DNA from: Octopus bimaculoides
Lineage: Eukaryota
Assembly: GCF_001194135.2 (NCBI RefSeq)
Contig: NC_068984.1
Span: 146,383,896-146,447,895, forward strand
DNA: 64,000 nt
Direction: 5' to 3'
Below the pieces are notes generated by a model. That model did no database searches, was not told the origin of the DNA, and saw only the letters and a program-made list of their open reading frames with translations. Positions 39,806 to 52,815 of the stretch are shown here, one piece after another. Numbering within the stretch: the stretch's first letter is position 1; each line of letters starts with the position of its first letter. Position numbers and translations under genes: made by a program.

Positions 39806-40796
39806 TCCTGTCAAACCGTACAACCCTTGCCAGCATGCAAAACGGACGTTAAAAGATGATGAGGATGCACAAGGACAGCAATTTTGACGGAAGACAGTTA
39901 CTTGATTGTACTGCCCCTAGTATTTGACTGGTATTTATCAGTATAACTACAGATGTGTGCCCCCACCACATTTTTTTTTTTTAAATGTCAAATTCTGAAA
40001 CGTATTTCTTCAAAATTTTATTTAGAAAATAGCCATTTTTCGGAAAGTTATGAGGAAACAAAGCTATTGAGAGGGTCACACATCTGTGGCGATGTTATTT
40101 TATTGACCTCAGAAGGAAGAATACACACACACAATATACATAGATATTTTTATACATATGTATATACATGCATACACATACATACATAGATGTATGTATA
40201 TATACACACACGATGGATAAAAGAATATACAGGAGGATCAGTTAGTTACGATTTTAGTCAACATATTCCCCTCTCGGATTCACACTTATTGCAGCGATCC
40301 TTCAGTTTTTCTAAGCCCTGTGAAAGAATTCGGAAGGTTGGGCTTTCAACCAGACCTTTCGCGACACTCTTAAAACCAGGAACTTTTCAGCCCCCCCCCC
40401 CACTCGTATAGACAGACATATGTTTGTGTGTATGCACTGACTATATATGTTTGTGTGATTAAGAAGATCGCTTCCCAACCTCAACGTTCCATGTTCAAAT
40501 CCCACTGCATGGCACGTTGAGCAAGTATCTTCTATCATAACCCCGGGGGCAGTCTTGTGAGTGGATTCAGGCGATGAAATAACCCCACTCCGCGCTTTCT
40601 TGCCTTCACGTTGCGCAATAGTTGTAAACTAGTGTCACCGTTAGACAAACGGTGTAATCTATTTTCAATCATCTGTCAAAATAAAGTCCTGTCACAATGA
40701 GGGTGGGGGTTGAAAGATTGTTTAGAAACGGGTCAGGGTTGGCGACAAGATGGGCAACTGGCTGTAGAAAACTTGCCTCAACGAATTTTATTTGTC

Positions 40797-41010
40797 CTAC
40801 TAGGGGCTAAACAGAGGGGACAAACGATGATAAAGGGACTAAGTCGATTATATCGACCTCAGTGCGTAACTGGTACTTATTTAATCAACCCCGAAAGGAT
40901 GAAAGGCAAAGTCGACCTCGGCGGAATTTGAACTCGGAACGTAACGGCAGACGAAATACCGCTAAGCATTTCGCCCGGCGTGCTAACGATTCTGCCAGCT
41001 CGTCGCCTTA
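40797..41010 (-). mobile_element. tRNA-derived SINE with Nin/Deu-like central domain (young, CpG-intact copy)
   Basis: Minus strand gagctggcagaatcgttagcacg..gagttcaaattccgccgaggtcgactttgcctttcatcctttcggggttgattaaataagtaccag. Other copies at about 3150-3580(-), 18178-18415(+), 36430-36656(-), 46310-46495(-) and 60395-60540(-). The domain name comes from recalled similarity. Confidence 0.75.
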
Positions 41011-44000
41011 ATAATAACAACGATATACATGTGTGACACCTTGGGCAAGTGTCTTCTACTATAGCCTCGGGCTAATCAAAGCCTTGTGAGTGGATTTGGT
41101 AGACGGAAACCGAAAGAATCCCGTCGTATATATTTCTATACAAGAAAGAATACAACGGTCGGCCAACTTCAATTTATATTATAGATATATATATAAAGGC
41201 ATTCTTCAGCAAATGAGACCGATAGAATAAGTACTAAGTTTACAAAGAATAAGTCCNNNNNNNNNNNNNNNNNNNNNNNNNNNNNNNNNNNNNNNNNNNN
41301 NNNNNNNNNNNNNNNNNNNNNNNNNNNNNNNNNNNNNNNNNNNNNNNNNNNNNNNNNNNNNNNNNNNNNNNNNNNNNNNNNNNNNNNNNNNNNNNNNNNN
41401 NNNNNNNNNNNNNNNNNNNNNNNNNNNNNNNNNNNNNNNNNNNNNNNNNNNNNNNNNNNNNNNNNNNNNNNNNNNNNNNNNNNNNNNNNNNNNNNNNNNN
41501 NNNNNNNNNNNNNNNNNGGTTTGCTTTCAAGTCAAGTGCATAAGGGTTCGATTACCATACACGTTCCTTCCCTTGGTTGGGTGTTTTCTAGTCTAGATTT
41601 GACTAATAAAATTGAGAGAAGAAGAATTGATATTCGTATAGAATAGGATAAGGAATTATCCGAGTACTCTGAAAAAAATCTCTTCGAATGTGTATATTTT
41701 AGGCACCACAATGGGAAAGGGGATCCTGTCCCCCACTCCTTATGTTTTTTTTTTTTTTGAGATTTGACTCGGAATAAATCTGAAAAACTTTCGAGAAAAC
41801 ATTAAATGTGAAAGATTGTGGAAAGGAAGTGGGTGAAGGGTAGAATCACCGGCAGGGGTAAAGAATACGGCACCACCCGTTTTCAGTGTAACAAAAACCC
41901 TAACCCTAATCCCTAAACACCGGGTGTGCGTATTCTTTACTTTTACCGAATCACCCACCCCTAAAAACTTTTTCTTTTAGCAGAATTGTGTTCTATGTTG
42001 CTTCAAACGTATACATCCGAAGAAAATGGTATTATTTTTACGATAACACCCGCCTCACCAGACGGGTGTCATAGCAATTGAAACAATTCGCCGGAAAAGA
42101 CCACAGAATTGGGGTGGGAACAAAATATAAAACATCCGATGGACAGTAATTTGCGGAAACCCTCCAAGATATATTTGTGTGTGTTGTGTGTTAATGGAAT
42201 TTGTTAGACGGAAACTCTGCGGAAACCGTGTCATATTTGTATGTGCATATTTGTATGTCTGTCTGTATTTTCTGTTTATATGAGACCGGTCTCAAATCCG
42301 TCGTTGTTTATGTTCTGTTCCTTTACATCCCTTAACGTCACCGTTCGATAATTAGAAATCGATAAAGAGCTCTGAACTGTAACAATAAGTATTGGAGTCT
42401 CGACCCCAGTAAACAATAAAAGAATATATATACATATAGGCACAGTTGTGTAGTCACATACATAGATACATTGTTTGTGTGTATATATATATATATATAT
42501 ATAAGAAGTGTGACTTACCACAAAGTGGTGAACAAAGTATTCAGAAAAAGGGTAAAAAGAATCGCCGCCGCAGAACTCAAACGAAGAATGTCTTCTTATA
42601 ATTTGTAACTGGAAGGAAGAAAGTTGTTCAGTAACTCAGCTCAAGATTATGAATATATGAAATCTAGTCACAGGTTAGCTTGGTGAGAGACAGAAAAGGG
42701 AGGAACAGTTGAGTGTATATAGCTTGAAATGTGACCCAACCAGCGAAACTTCGGACCTAAAAGTTAATTAATAAATTTAATCAACTAGCAAATCCCATTT
42801 GACTCTCCGTCAGTCAGGGGTCACTTGTGTTGGTCATGCTAGGCTTCGACAACAACCTTATTTCCATCATTATCCTTGCTTTAAAAGTAAATAGGTTGAC
42901 ACAAGTACACTCTGTCCAGACACAACTGACAAAGGTTTTTCTTTCCCGTTTTTGCTCTTTATTTGTCGATTAGTTTTTATATTTTTTTATATCAACTTTC
43001 CACTTCCGTCGTCACCTCCTGTCTTTCTCCCTCCCTCCCCCTCTCTCTCTCTATCTCACACACACACATTGATAAAGACGTTGGTAGGTACACGTAATTA
43101 TAGACATTTCATATATAAACATACACATATATACAAGCACTCCGGTTTCTTTTATTCCCCTCTATCTATCTATCTATATATCTATCTATCCATGGTGCGC
43201 GTAATTATATTTTAAATGTAAATTATATTTTCTTTTACATATCAAATTTTTATTAATTAAAAAATATTAAAACTATATGCCCGATTTTATAAATTAAATT
43301 CTTTTCCCAAGTAAAATAACGAAAACTTAAAAAGATATGATTATGGAAATAATATTAAAAGTTTTGTGAAGTTACCCAGTGAAAAGTTGCAATTTTAGTT
43401 TGTTTATGTTTGGTGGCAGGGAATGTGTCCGTGAGGAGGATTCGAACCAACAAATTAGAAGTTTATGAAATAAAGAAGAGGATTTAGATCGATAGAGCCC
43501 ATTACAAGATTAGTGTGTGTGTGTGTGTGAAAGGATGATAGAAAGAGGGGGAGACACGAAGAGAAGTAAAGTAATATATAGGGAAGAGGAGGAAAAAGTG
43601 AGAGAGAGAGAATAGTAACGATACAAAGAGAAAGATAGGTAGAGTGCGACATAGAGAGATGGAGTAGGGAATATGATGGAGAGGGGAAGTGATAGACAAA
43701 GAGATATTAACTGTTCTCACTCTCTCCTTAGAGAAGTGAGAGGGGGAAATGATAGATAGATAAAACCTGCTCTCACTCTCGCTTCAGAGAAACGAATTAG
43801 TGTGAGATAGAGAGACAGAGACAAATATCTACGTCACAGAACAAAGAGAGAGAGAGAGAGAAGAAACGAAAATTGGAGAGGGGGAAACTGATATAGAACT
43901 TAGAGAGAAGGGACAATTTACCTTCCTCTACGATTCAAGAGTTATATATATATATAAAAAAAAGAGAGAATTGTCCAAGGGACAAAAAAAAAAGGTCTAC

Positions 44001-45339
44001 AAATAGAAAAGAGAGCCAGGTGCCCCCGTAGAGAAAGAGAGAGAGAACGTACAGATGGAAAGAAAAATTCAATATATTAGAAGAAAAGAGTGAGGGGTTA
44101 ATTAGATAAAGAGAGCAATTCAGAGAACTTCCACAGAATTACATCGAAGTGGAAGGAAACGACCCACTCGTTAATTAATACTGTTCGGTGATCAAGTCAA
44201 TTATTTGCCTGTTCAAAGCATTTTCATAAGTTAGTCTTAAATATACATGCTTTTTTTAAATTTCTATTTCAAGCTTTTAATTAGCCAATGTTTCATACGT
44301 TCTCAGTAATCTAAAACTTCACAAAAGCCAAGTTACTCTGGTGGTTGAGAAAATAAATGGTAATGGATATCATATCTGATAGATGGACGCCAAGGAAATG
44401 TGTTCTGTTTATCATGTAACACACAAGACAAGCAAAGGGTTAAGAAGTTTATTAATTTTGATGTTTGCAATGCCGCTGTTGCGGTTATTCGTGCCAATGT
44501 TGCTGTCGTGGCTGTTATTTTCGTAATACTTCGTAGTTGTCGTTACTTTATTAGGTTATGTTTATGAATCCTTTTAATATTTTTGCTGTTGTTGCTGATG
44601 CTAGAACTATAATAGTTACTGTTGTTGTTATTGGTAAAGTTAACGGCATTTTGTAAGCTGGGAGGTGGGGGAGGGGTCCTTATTGTCCTCCCCTCACCAA
44701 AATTTATGTAAAACAAACCAAATAATTTTTATAATAAAGTTATTAATTGGTATAATTAGTGAAGTTATAATAGTTATTCATACCAGTGATCTGTTTGTTG
44801 GTGTTATTGCCAAACTTTCATTATCACTCGCCTCCAATCATCCAACAGAGTCGACAGAAGAAAGAGTTAAGAAAGGATCCAGTAATCGGTGTCGCCGACA
44901 GCAGGATTCCACCCCCTCTCCTCCCCCTTACTTACACACCGGCTCGATTTCACGTATTCGCACTTAGACGTATAGTCTTACGTGCATACACATACACACA
45001 CACATGTAGACATCACAGAATGGTTTCTTTCTTTAAAAAAGATCTTGGACTGGTGTTAACGTATTAACCCATTTTATCATTAAACATTTCAGTGGAGTAA
45101 ACACTCTCATACATACCCACCACACACAATCCTAACAGCACGAAGAGTTGTTCTAACATGAGAGCCTCTTGTTCAATCTGCTAGAAATAGCAGTCATATT
45201 GCCCACAAACTGCATCCTACGTCTTAAAAAAAAAAAGGAAAAGGAATCGTATGTCTGAATAATTGGGTTGATTACAACTGGAATAATTTTGATCGTGTCT
45301 GCTCAGCCAAGGACGACATTGGACTAAGCAACGATCGTC

Positions 45340-45720
45340 GTTAGAGAATTACTCAAGTTTTATTGCGTTCATAGTGTTTTCCGTTTTACAAGATTAAATA
45401 AGAAAACTGGACAAAACAGAGAACACAATTGAAAAAATTAAAGAGAAAAAGAAAAAACCAACACAATTCACCACCTTGGGTCGAAAAGTTGGGGGCACTG
45501 GGAAACCTCTCTAATGGCTATTGAGACATGCCAGCACGCTTGCAGCGTTGCCACGGGTGATGGCGAGGCTGATGCGTTGGAACAGTCAAGCACTTTCATG
45601 AGCCTCACCAGTTACCTCTGCAAGGCGAGTTGCTAGTGAAGACAGGAACCTCGCAGTAAGTGGTCCGACCCCACCAAACGTCTTGAATGCCACAGGATGG
45701 AAAATGTAGTTGGCCGTTGA
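45340..45720 (-). mobile_element. CRE-type (RLE) non-LTR retrotransposon 3' end
   Basis: Minus strand encodes STANYIFHPVAFKTFGGVGPLTARFLSSLATRLAEVTGEAHESA*LFQRISLAITRGNAASVLACLNSH* (stop at 45511-13). A T-rich 3' UTR with AATAAA near 45360 follows. Confidence 0.78.
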
Positions 45721-45899
45721 CTAGTACTAATTTCTTTTGACCCAAAGGGGTGAAAGGCAAAACCGACCTCACCAGAATTCAAAATGTAAAGAGCTATTAC
45801 TAAATACCGCTAGAATAACAAATAAATAAATCCTCAACTCATTTTCTTTTTTAACAATTTATATTATCAAATTGCTGGATTGGGTCATTGCTCAACTAA

Positions 45900-46125
45900 T
45901 TAGGGAGAGAGTTAACCTAGATGAGATGCAGTTTGGTCTTGTGCCAGGGAAACGCACTTCCTGAAGTTGCCTTACAAGCAAGGCAACTTCAGGAAACATT
46001 TAACCAGAAATAAAGCACTGTACTTGGTATTTAAGGAGAAAGCCTTTGATAGGGTTCCTCGATCCTTCATCTGGTGGTCACTGTGGAAGCTAAGGGCAGA
46101 TGAGTGGCTTGTGAGAGCTGTCCAA
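45900..46125 (+). mobile_element. RTE reverse-transcriptase fragment
   Basis: RERVNLDEMQFGLVPG..RQLQE..NKALYLVF..KAFDRVPRSFIWWSLWKLRADEWLVRAVQ. Confidence 0.8.
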
Positions 46126-48269
46126 CTGGAAGATTTGGAGAAGGGCTATTTTCAAAATGAGACCTATTATAGATATATATTCGTTTTCTAAGGCCACAGA
46201 ACTCGTAAGGCTGGTTTACCTGGTTTCCAAGGTGCACATGTGATTGCAGTCACAGCAATCTCCCTGAACAGGGATCACAGCAATCTCTCTGAATAGGGAT
46301 TGTTGTGACCTTAGTCATTTATTTTGAGGAAAAGGGATAAGTCAATTATATCCCTGAACTTCATTTTATTGACCCCCTGAAGGAATAAAAAGCAAAATTG
46401 ATCTTGGCAGGATTTTGAACTCAGAATGTAAAAGAGCCGGAAGGAATTCTGTTAAACCTTTTGTCCAATGTGTTAGTGATTCTGTTAGCTCACTGCTTTA
46501 TTATATAAATAGACTTTTATCTAATTGACTCCTTATGTATTAAAGTCATAATATTGTATTATCTGTGATGTCTATATGAAATTCATCTTTTGTATCAATA
46601 ATTATCAATTTCTTTTGTTTGAATATCTTCAAAGTAGCAGAGTGATTGTTGTTTAATTTGGTAGGAAGCCATGTCGATTAATTAATAAAAAGTTGGTTTT
46701 GTGTCACTACATGTATTTAATAAGCTAATTGATCTGTTGTTTTGTTTTGTTTTTTTTACATCAGAAACTAAATTATTTTTATGTGGATGAAATACTTTGG
46801 CAGTTTTCCAAATAGAAAAGCAAGTGTGAGTAATAAAAGGTAGAATAATGAGTAATAATGGTTTAACGAACCTAAATATAAATGAATATCTAAATGCATA
46901 GATGTGTGTGTGTGTGTGTATGACTATGTATGTATGTATGAATATATGTGTGTGTATGCATGTACTTATATGTGTGTGTGTATGTATGTATTTGTATGTA
47001 TGTATGGCTACACACATACACACACAAATGTATATATTAAGGTGTAGGTATGACCTCTTGTTTTGATATTTGATAATTTGTTTTAAAATATCTCCAGAAT
47101 TTCCAATTCTTAAGCATACCTCACATCAATATGACAGTTACATATGGAATTGCAATACTGGAATAAGCAGATGTGCATCAAGAGGATTTTAACCCTGCTT
47201 ACATTGTGTGTGTGTCTGTGTATGCATGTGTGTGTATGTCTTTGTACGCATGTGTGGGTGCATGCACTGTGTGTGTGTGTGTGTATGTGTCCCCTTGTCT
47301 TGACATGGTGTGATAGTCGTAAACAAGTGTCACCATCATTCAGGTGGGGTCCTTCACTGCCAGTTTTCCGAGTCATGTCTGGTCATGAGGAAATATTATC
47401 TTAGTTGAAAACAGATGAGAGTTGGTGACAGGAAGAGCAGCCAGCTGTACAAAATCTACCTCAACAAATTCCATTCAACCCAAGGAAGTATAGGAAAGCG
47501 GACACTAAAACAATAATGATGATAATACGTGATTAAATTACATTCATAATAAATGATTACTTATCATCCATTTCTGTCATTTTTACCTGTTGTCACTTGT
47601 TTCTTCCTCTTTCCTCTCTTAATGGACTTCATGGAGTTAATAACATGGTTACCAGTGTTTGGGATGTTGTTTTTATATTTTATTTTATTTTTATTTTCAT
47701 TATTTTTTTGGACTGTAGGCGTTATTCATTTGCTTGACTGAAGATGTACATACAATATTCATCAAACCTATCAAACAGCCTCTAAACATTCGAGATGCTT
47801 GTTAAGTCACTATCAATCATCAATCAATCAATCAATCAATCAGTCAATCGTTACTTGTCATATTGCTGTCACTATTCCCACCACCACCACCACTACCAGC
47901 AGCAGCAGCAGCTGCCCTTGAATCTGTTACTTCCACTGATTAAATAAAAATAATAAAAAAAAAAAAAAACGAACATCCTCATCTTTTAATTTCCATTTTC
48001 CTATTTGTGTCACTAAAACCTATTCTAACATTGAAATCATTTATTCATGAAGTCATTTATTTATGTGAGCAATTTTCCTTTTTTATGTTTTTTGGTTCTC
48101 TTTTTTTTAATTAATATTTGATAATCGTGATCAAAGTAACATTGTATATATTTCCAAAAATCAATGATCGTGTAAGTTTCAGTAGGGCACATATTGATTT
48201 TAAGATGGAATTGCAGGGGTGATCCGTTATAAGTTTACCAAACTTGATTCTTTCTTATAGAGATATGTC

Positions 48270-48660
48270 AAAGACAGACATCTGGAAGAATACTGCCAGG
48301 ATTGAAAAACAGATTGATAATTTCCTACAAAGATGTCTCTGAAATGTGCTGGGCATTAAATGGCAAGACAAGATCACGAACAAAGGAGTGCTTCAAAAAG
48401 CCAAAGCCACACACCTGAGTCGGTTATTATGGGCTGAGCAATGCAGTTGGCAGGACATGTCCTACAAACGATGGACAATATCCTAGCAAGAACAGCAACA
48501 ACATGGTTATCAGCTGGTGGGAAGAGACCAAAAGGTAGGCCACAGAAAAACCAGGAGATCCAACTTAAAAGATGACAAGTGCAGCCGTGGCACAAATTGA
48601 TTTCAAGCTGCAACCCTTATGGAAGACTGAGAAAGATGGAAGGCCATAGTGGCCTGTTGC
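48270..48660 (+). mobile_element. RTE LINE C-terminal fragment
   Basis: TWKNTARIEKQIDNFLQRCL*NVLGIKWQDKITNK.VL.. followed by a decayed GGKRP.GRP..TWR..LK.D. Confidence 0.75.
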
Positions 48661-49384
48661 CACGAGACTGGTCGAGCCAGATGACCATTGCATAAAGAGA
48701 TTTTCGAATTGAGATGGTGATGGCTGTAAAGCAAAAGCAAAATCCTTGGCAAGCGGAAAAATCTAAGCTGTTTCAATAACCGATAAAAGCTATTAGTTTT
48801 TATTTACCTCACTGGGAAAGGAAAAACAGCAGTTCACACTCAACCCATGCCAGCATGGAACATGGACATTAAACGATGATGATGATGATGATGATGAAGC
48901 TGATGACTGATAAAACTAACCCTACAACCACTAAACGTCTTCAGGATTTAAATGAAGTGACACAATGAGAAATTGTGACATTCATGAGTTTCCCAAGACC
49001 ATTTGTCAGCGAATATAAACAAAATGCCATACTTGACAGAATAAAAGACATACAGGCATTTTAGAAACAACCAATTATCAGTAGCATACATGTAGGCAGT
49101 CGAGGCACATGGTCTAGTGGTTAGAGCAGCGGACTCGCAGTCGAGAGATTACAGGTTCGAATCTCAGACCAGGTATTGTTGTTGTTGTTGTTCTTCTTCT
49201 TCTTTTTCTTCCTCCATGATGATGATGATGATTTAACATCTGCTTTCCATGCTGGCATGAGTTGGACGGTTTGACTGAAACTTTCCCTGTATATATTCTA
49301 ATATATACAGACAAAAAGCTGCAACATAACTGACCAGATATCCTTCTCCTACTGAAGGAGTCCAAAGAATGGACCTCCATCGAC

Positions 49385-49500
49385 AGAGCCAAATGACCAA
49401 AATATTGTTAAGACAGAGGACGAGAAAGTTAGGAAGTATCAAGGGTTAGGATTGGAAGTGAAAAAGAATCCATAGAATCTCAAAAGTGAGTGTGGTACCA
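49385..49500 (+). mobile_element. small R4/Dong-type RLE remnant just downstream of the DRC1 stop
   Basis: PNDQNIVKTEDEKVRKYQGLGLEVK resembles the P.D.NI..KE.EK..KY.DL..E motif. Confidence 0.55.
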
Positions 49501-49733
49501 ACTTGAAACGGTTCATGTGTTGCATCTTGAAGCTGTGGGATGGAGTTGCCAACGGAGACGTGTGTTTATAGTTTTCTCTCATTGCATTAAAACCTTTTCT
49601 CTTTCACAATTCAACAAATAACGACAAACAAAATCTGTTTTCCATTTCAGACTGTTTTAATTCTTCTTATACTTTTTTTTTTTTTACAGACCAACAAATT
49701 ATTATTTCTTTTAAAAATAAGAATTGTCATTGA

Positions 49734-49826
49734 CTAATGAAAGACAAACTGCTCTGGCTCAACTTCTGAGTTGTTTAAATTCAATTGTAGTACTCTAGTC
49801 GGAGGAATTTGTAACTCATCATTCAC
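49734..49826 (-). CDS. DRC1: DRC1 terminal coding exon
   Basis: gtttttcag|GTG. Encodes VNDELQIPPTRVLQLNLNNSEVEPEQFVFH then TAG (DRC1 C-terminal 'N.ELQ.PPT.VL'). A possible ATTAAA polyA variant lies at 49656-49661. Confidence 0.93.
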   Translation of the reverse strand: MNDELQIPPTRVLQLNLNNSEVEPEQFVFH

Positions 49827-51937
49827 CTGAAAAACAAAAGATAAGCATATAAAGTACAATATAAAGTACATAGTAAAATGAAATATATCGTTTCAGTCAG
49901 CTCATGCAAAGTTGAATATATATATATATGCATGTATGTACACACACACACACATGTACATAAATACATGTGTATATGTTGGGCCTCACAGAGGCAATGA
50001 CAAAAGACCAAGACCTCTGGAGGTATGCTGTGACTGAGAAGACCCGGCAAGTAAAGTGAGTCCACAGCTGTAACCTACACCAGTGTCACATAACCAGCCT
50101 GCTCAAAAGTACCTTGGATCGTGCTTGAGGAGACCTATTGAGTCAAGTACGTCAACATCAGCAATATCAAAATCAAATCAAATGGAAATTGTAGTTGTGA
50201 GCCTTGTGCTGGTAGCACGTAAAAAGCACCATCTGAATGTGGCCGATGCCAGTGCCACCTTGACTGGATTCCGTGTCGGTGGCACATAAAAAGCACCCTC
50301 CGATCGTGGTCGATTGCCAGCTCCTCTGGCCCCTTGTGCTGGTAGTAATAGTTCAACTAATGGCTTTTCAGATGATGTAAAACTTGCCACCATTATATAC
50401 TAAGAAGATATTTTAACTATTTTTTGTTTTTTGTGTGTGCATGGTAGTCTCATTTTCATAAAATGTGCTCAGCAGTCCATGCTATGCGAGTGCAAATCCC
50501 AGCACTTTAAGGGTTAAAGAGAGACAGAGAAAGAGAAAGCTAAAAATAAAGAAGTAATCATGTGTGTGTATCTGTGCACGTGTGCATTGATGCATCTTTT
50601 CTTTTTAGGACCCCCTTCAGCCATGATTGACCATGGGATTGCACCTAGAAAGTTACCCTCCCAGGCACAAGTTTGGGCAAGGTTGTTCATGGAAAACCAG
50701 CAGTCGCCCATGCATACCGGCCTCTTCTTTCTACGCCACTGATGTTATCCAAGGGCAAGGCAAAGGTCGACACAGCTTGGCACCAGTGACGTCACAATTC
50801 ATTTCTACAGTTGAGTGAACTGGAATAACACGAAATAAAGCGTCATGCTCAAGAACACAACACGCAGCCCGACTTACTGCCTAATGGTTGCGAACCAGAC
50901 ACTCGAACCACCAAAACCATACACAACGTCACAAAGCATTTCCAGGGAGGCAACTCTTTAATCATGGACTTGAAATGATTAACAGTTTTAATAACTTGAG
51001 TGAATACAAGAATAAAGGCCTTTAAACACGAACAGCATTAACCTGGCCATTGTAAAAAGATGTGTATATGTCATAACACTACATCCTTTATCTAGATTAA
51101 TTCAAATGGTTAAGAAGTTCCCTTTGAAATAAAATGGCCTCCTTGTGGAAAGCGTGTGGCTCAGTGGTTTGGGTGTTGCACTCACACTCACGAGATCACG
51201 GTTTCACTTCCCCGACTGGCCGTTCGTTATGTTCTTGAGCAAAACGTTTCATTTTACGTTGTTCCATTTGGCTCAGCTGTACGTGGTAACCTTGTGACAG
51301 ATTGGTGCAGAAGGGTGAGATGGTGACTCAGGAACGGAGGAGGTCTAACAAGCCGTGTTTTGTATTTATTTGTGTTTAGTGACAAAAAGGATGAATAGTA
51401 CAACCTGTCCAGTGAATCCCGACTGGTTGTTCAACCATGTCAAAGGTCAATCAATCAATCAGGTTGCACAACACCTTGAACGAATGTCTTCTAGAGTCCC
51501 AGGTTGACAAAATACCTTGTAAGGAAATTTGGGTGGCAGAAACTGTGCTGAAGCTCATTGAGCATGTGTGCGTCTGTGTGCGTTTTTCAGTTTGTGTTTG
51601 TTTATATCTCCACAACTGTGGTTTGGCAGGAGAAAAACCAGATTTGAAAAAAAAGAAAACACACATACTGGGCCCTAAAGTGTGGGAATAAAAATTGTTT
51701 AGGGGCTGCAAGCCTAGGTCCAAACTAGAATGTTCAAAGTGCTTTTGTTGTTCTCTGCAAAATTTTAGGGGTGCATTTATACCCACTGCAACTCCTGTTA
51801 CTGTGCCCTGGGCTGATTATTTAACTAGATTGTGCTCCAGCATGGCTGCAATCTAATGACTGAAACAAGTAAAAGAGCGTGTGCATGTGTGTGCATGTGC
51901 GTGTGTACATGTCATTGGTAATATTTGATCTCCTTAC

Positions 51938-52040
51938 CTTAGCATTGATATACTGATGCAACAATATGTTGAGTTCATGGTTTTGTTGTCGAAGTCCAGA
52001 ATTTTCTTCAATTAAATTTGCTCTGTCCTGGAGAATCTGA
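51938..52040 (-). CDS. DRC1: DRC1 penultimate exon
   Basis: gttttcag|T..AAG|gtaagg. Encodes QILQDRANLIEENSGLRQQNHELNILLHQYINAK (C-terminal coiled coil, 'L.QQN.EL..LL.QY'). Confidence 0.94.
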
Positions 52041-52662
52041 CTGAAAACAAGAGTGAAGAAAAAAATAAAATTAAAAAAAAGCAAGATTAAAAAAAATCAA
52101 TAATTCTTTTTTTCTAATTTATCTCTCACACATGGCAAATGTGGGTTGGAAATGTATGCAAATATATTTTTGATTCCTCTTTATTTATTTTATGCCTTCC
52201 TCAACACTGCCTGTGTTGCCTCTGTTGCTCTAATACTCACTGCTTCTTTGTCCTTCTTACTATGACATTGAACAATCAAATAATCACATTCGACCTGCGA
52301 GAAATAGAAAAAGTCCACTGACTTGGCATTAATGGCATCGCAAGTGTTGCTGTCAGAACACAAAGAATGGCAACAAACATTGCAAGGCTGACCCTTGGCT
52401 GACCCTTTAGCAGATCCCTTGACTAGTACCTTTTTTTTTTTTTATCAACCCTGAAGTGATGAAAAGAATGTTGATTTGGATGAGATTTGAACCAAGAGCA
52501 CAGAGGTCCAGAACAAACAGCACAAGATATTACATCCAGCATGCTAACAGCTGCCTTCTCACTGCAAACAATCCACAACCAAAATGACAATATAAACAAC
52601 AACATGGACACTGTATCTCCACAGATGCCCTTTGTCCAGTCTAGAAAGGTCGTGACACTTAC

Positions 52663-52815
52663 TGGTATTTTTCAAGACCATTAATTAAAGCATCCCACAG
52701 TCTCTCCTGGTCTTTACTCAATGCGTAATAATACTTTTTCCAGTAGATGCTGTCACAAGAATCCTTTCGCTGCTCAACTTTGGATAACTGGAATGATGTT
52801 AATTTACTCTTGCTC
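52663..52815 (-). CDS. DRC1: DRC1 internal exon
   Basis: taacacag|G..CA|gtaagt. Encodes SKSKLTSFQLSKVEQRKDSCDSIYWKKYYYALSKDQERLWDALINGLEKY (DRC1 'YW....LWDAL...LEKY'). Confidence 0.93.

Noticed and set aside
41897-41920. Telomere-like CCCTAA repeats
   Set aside because: Only two to three imperfect units, which is compatible with chance.
49102-49172. tRNA gene candidate
   Set aside because: It has A/B boxes and an anticodon-like arm, but the acceptor stem does not pair. It is a tRNA-derived SINE head, as is ~51150-51240.
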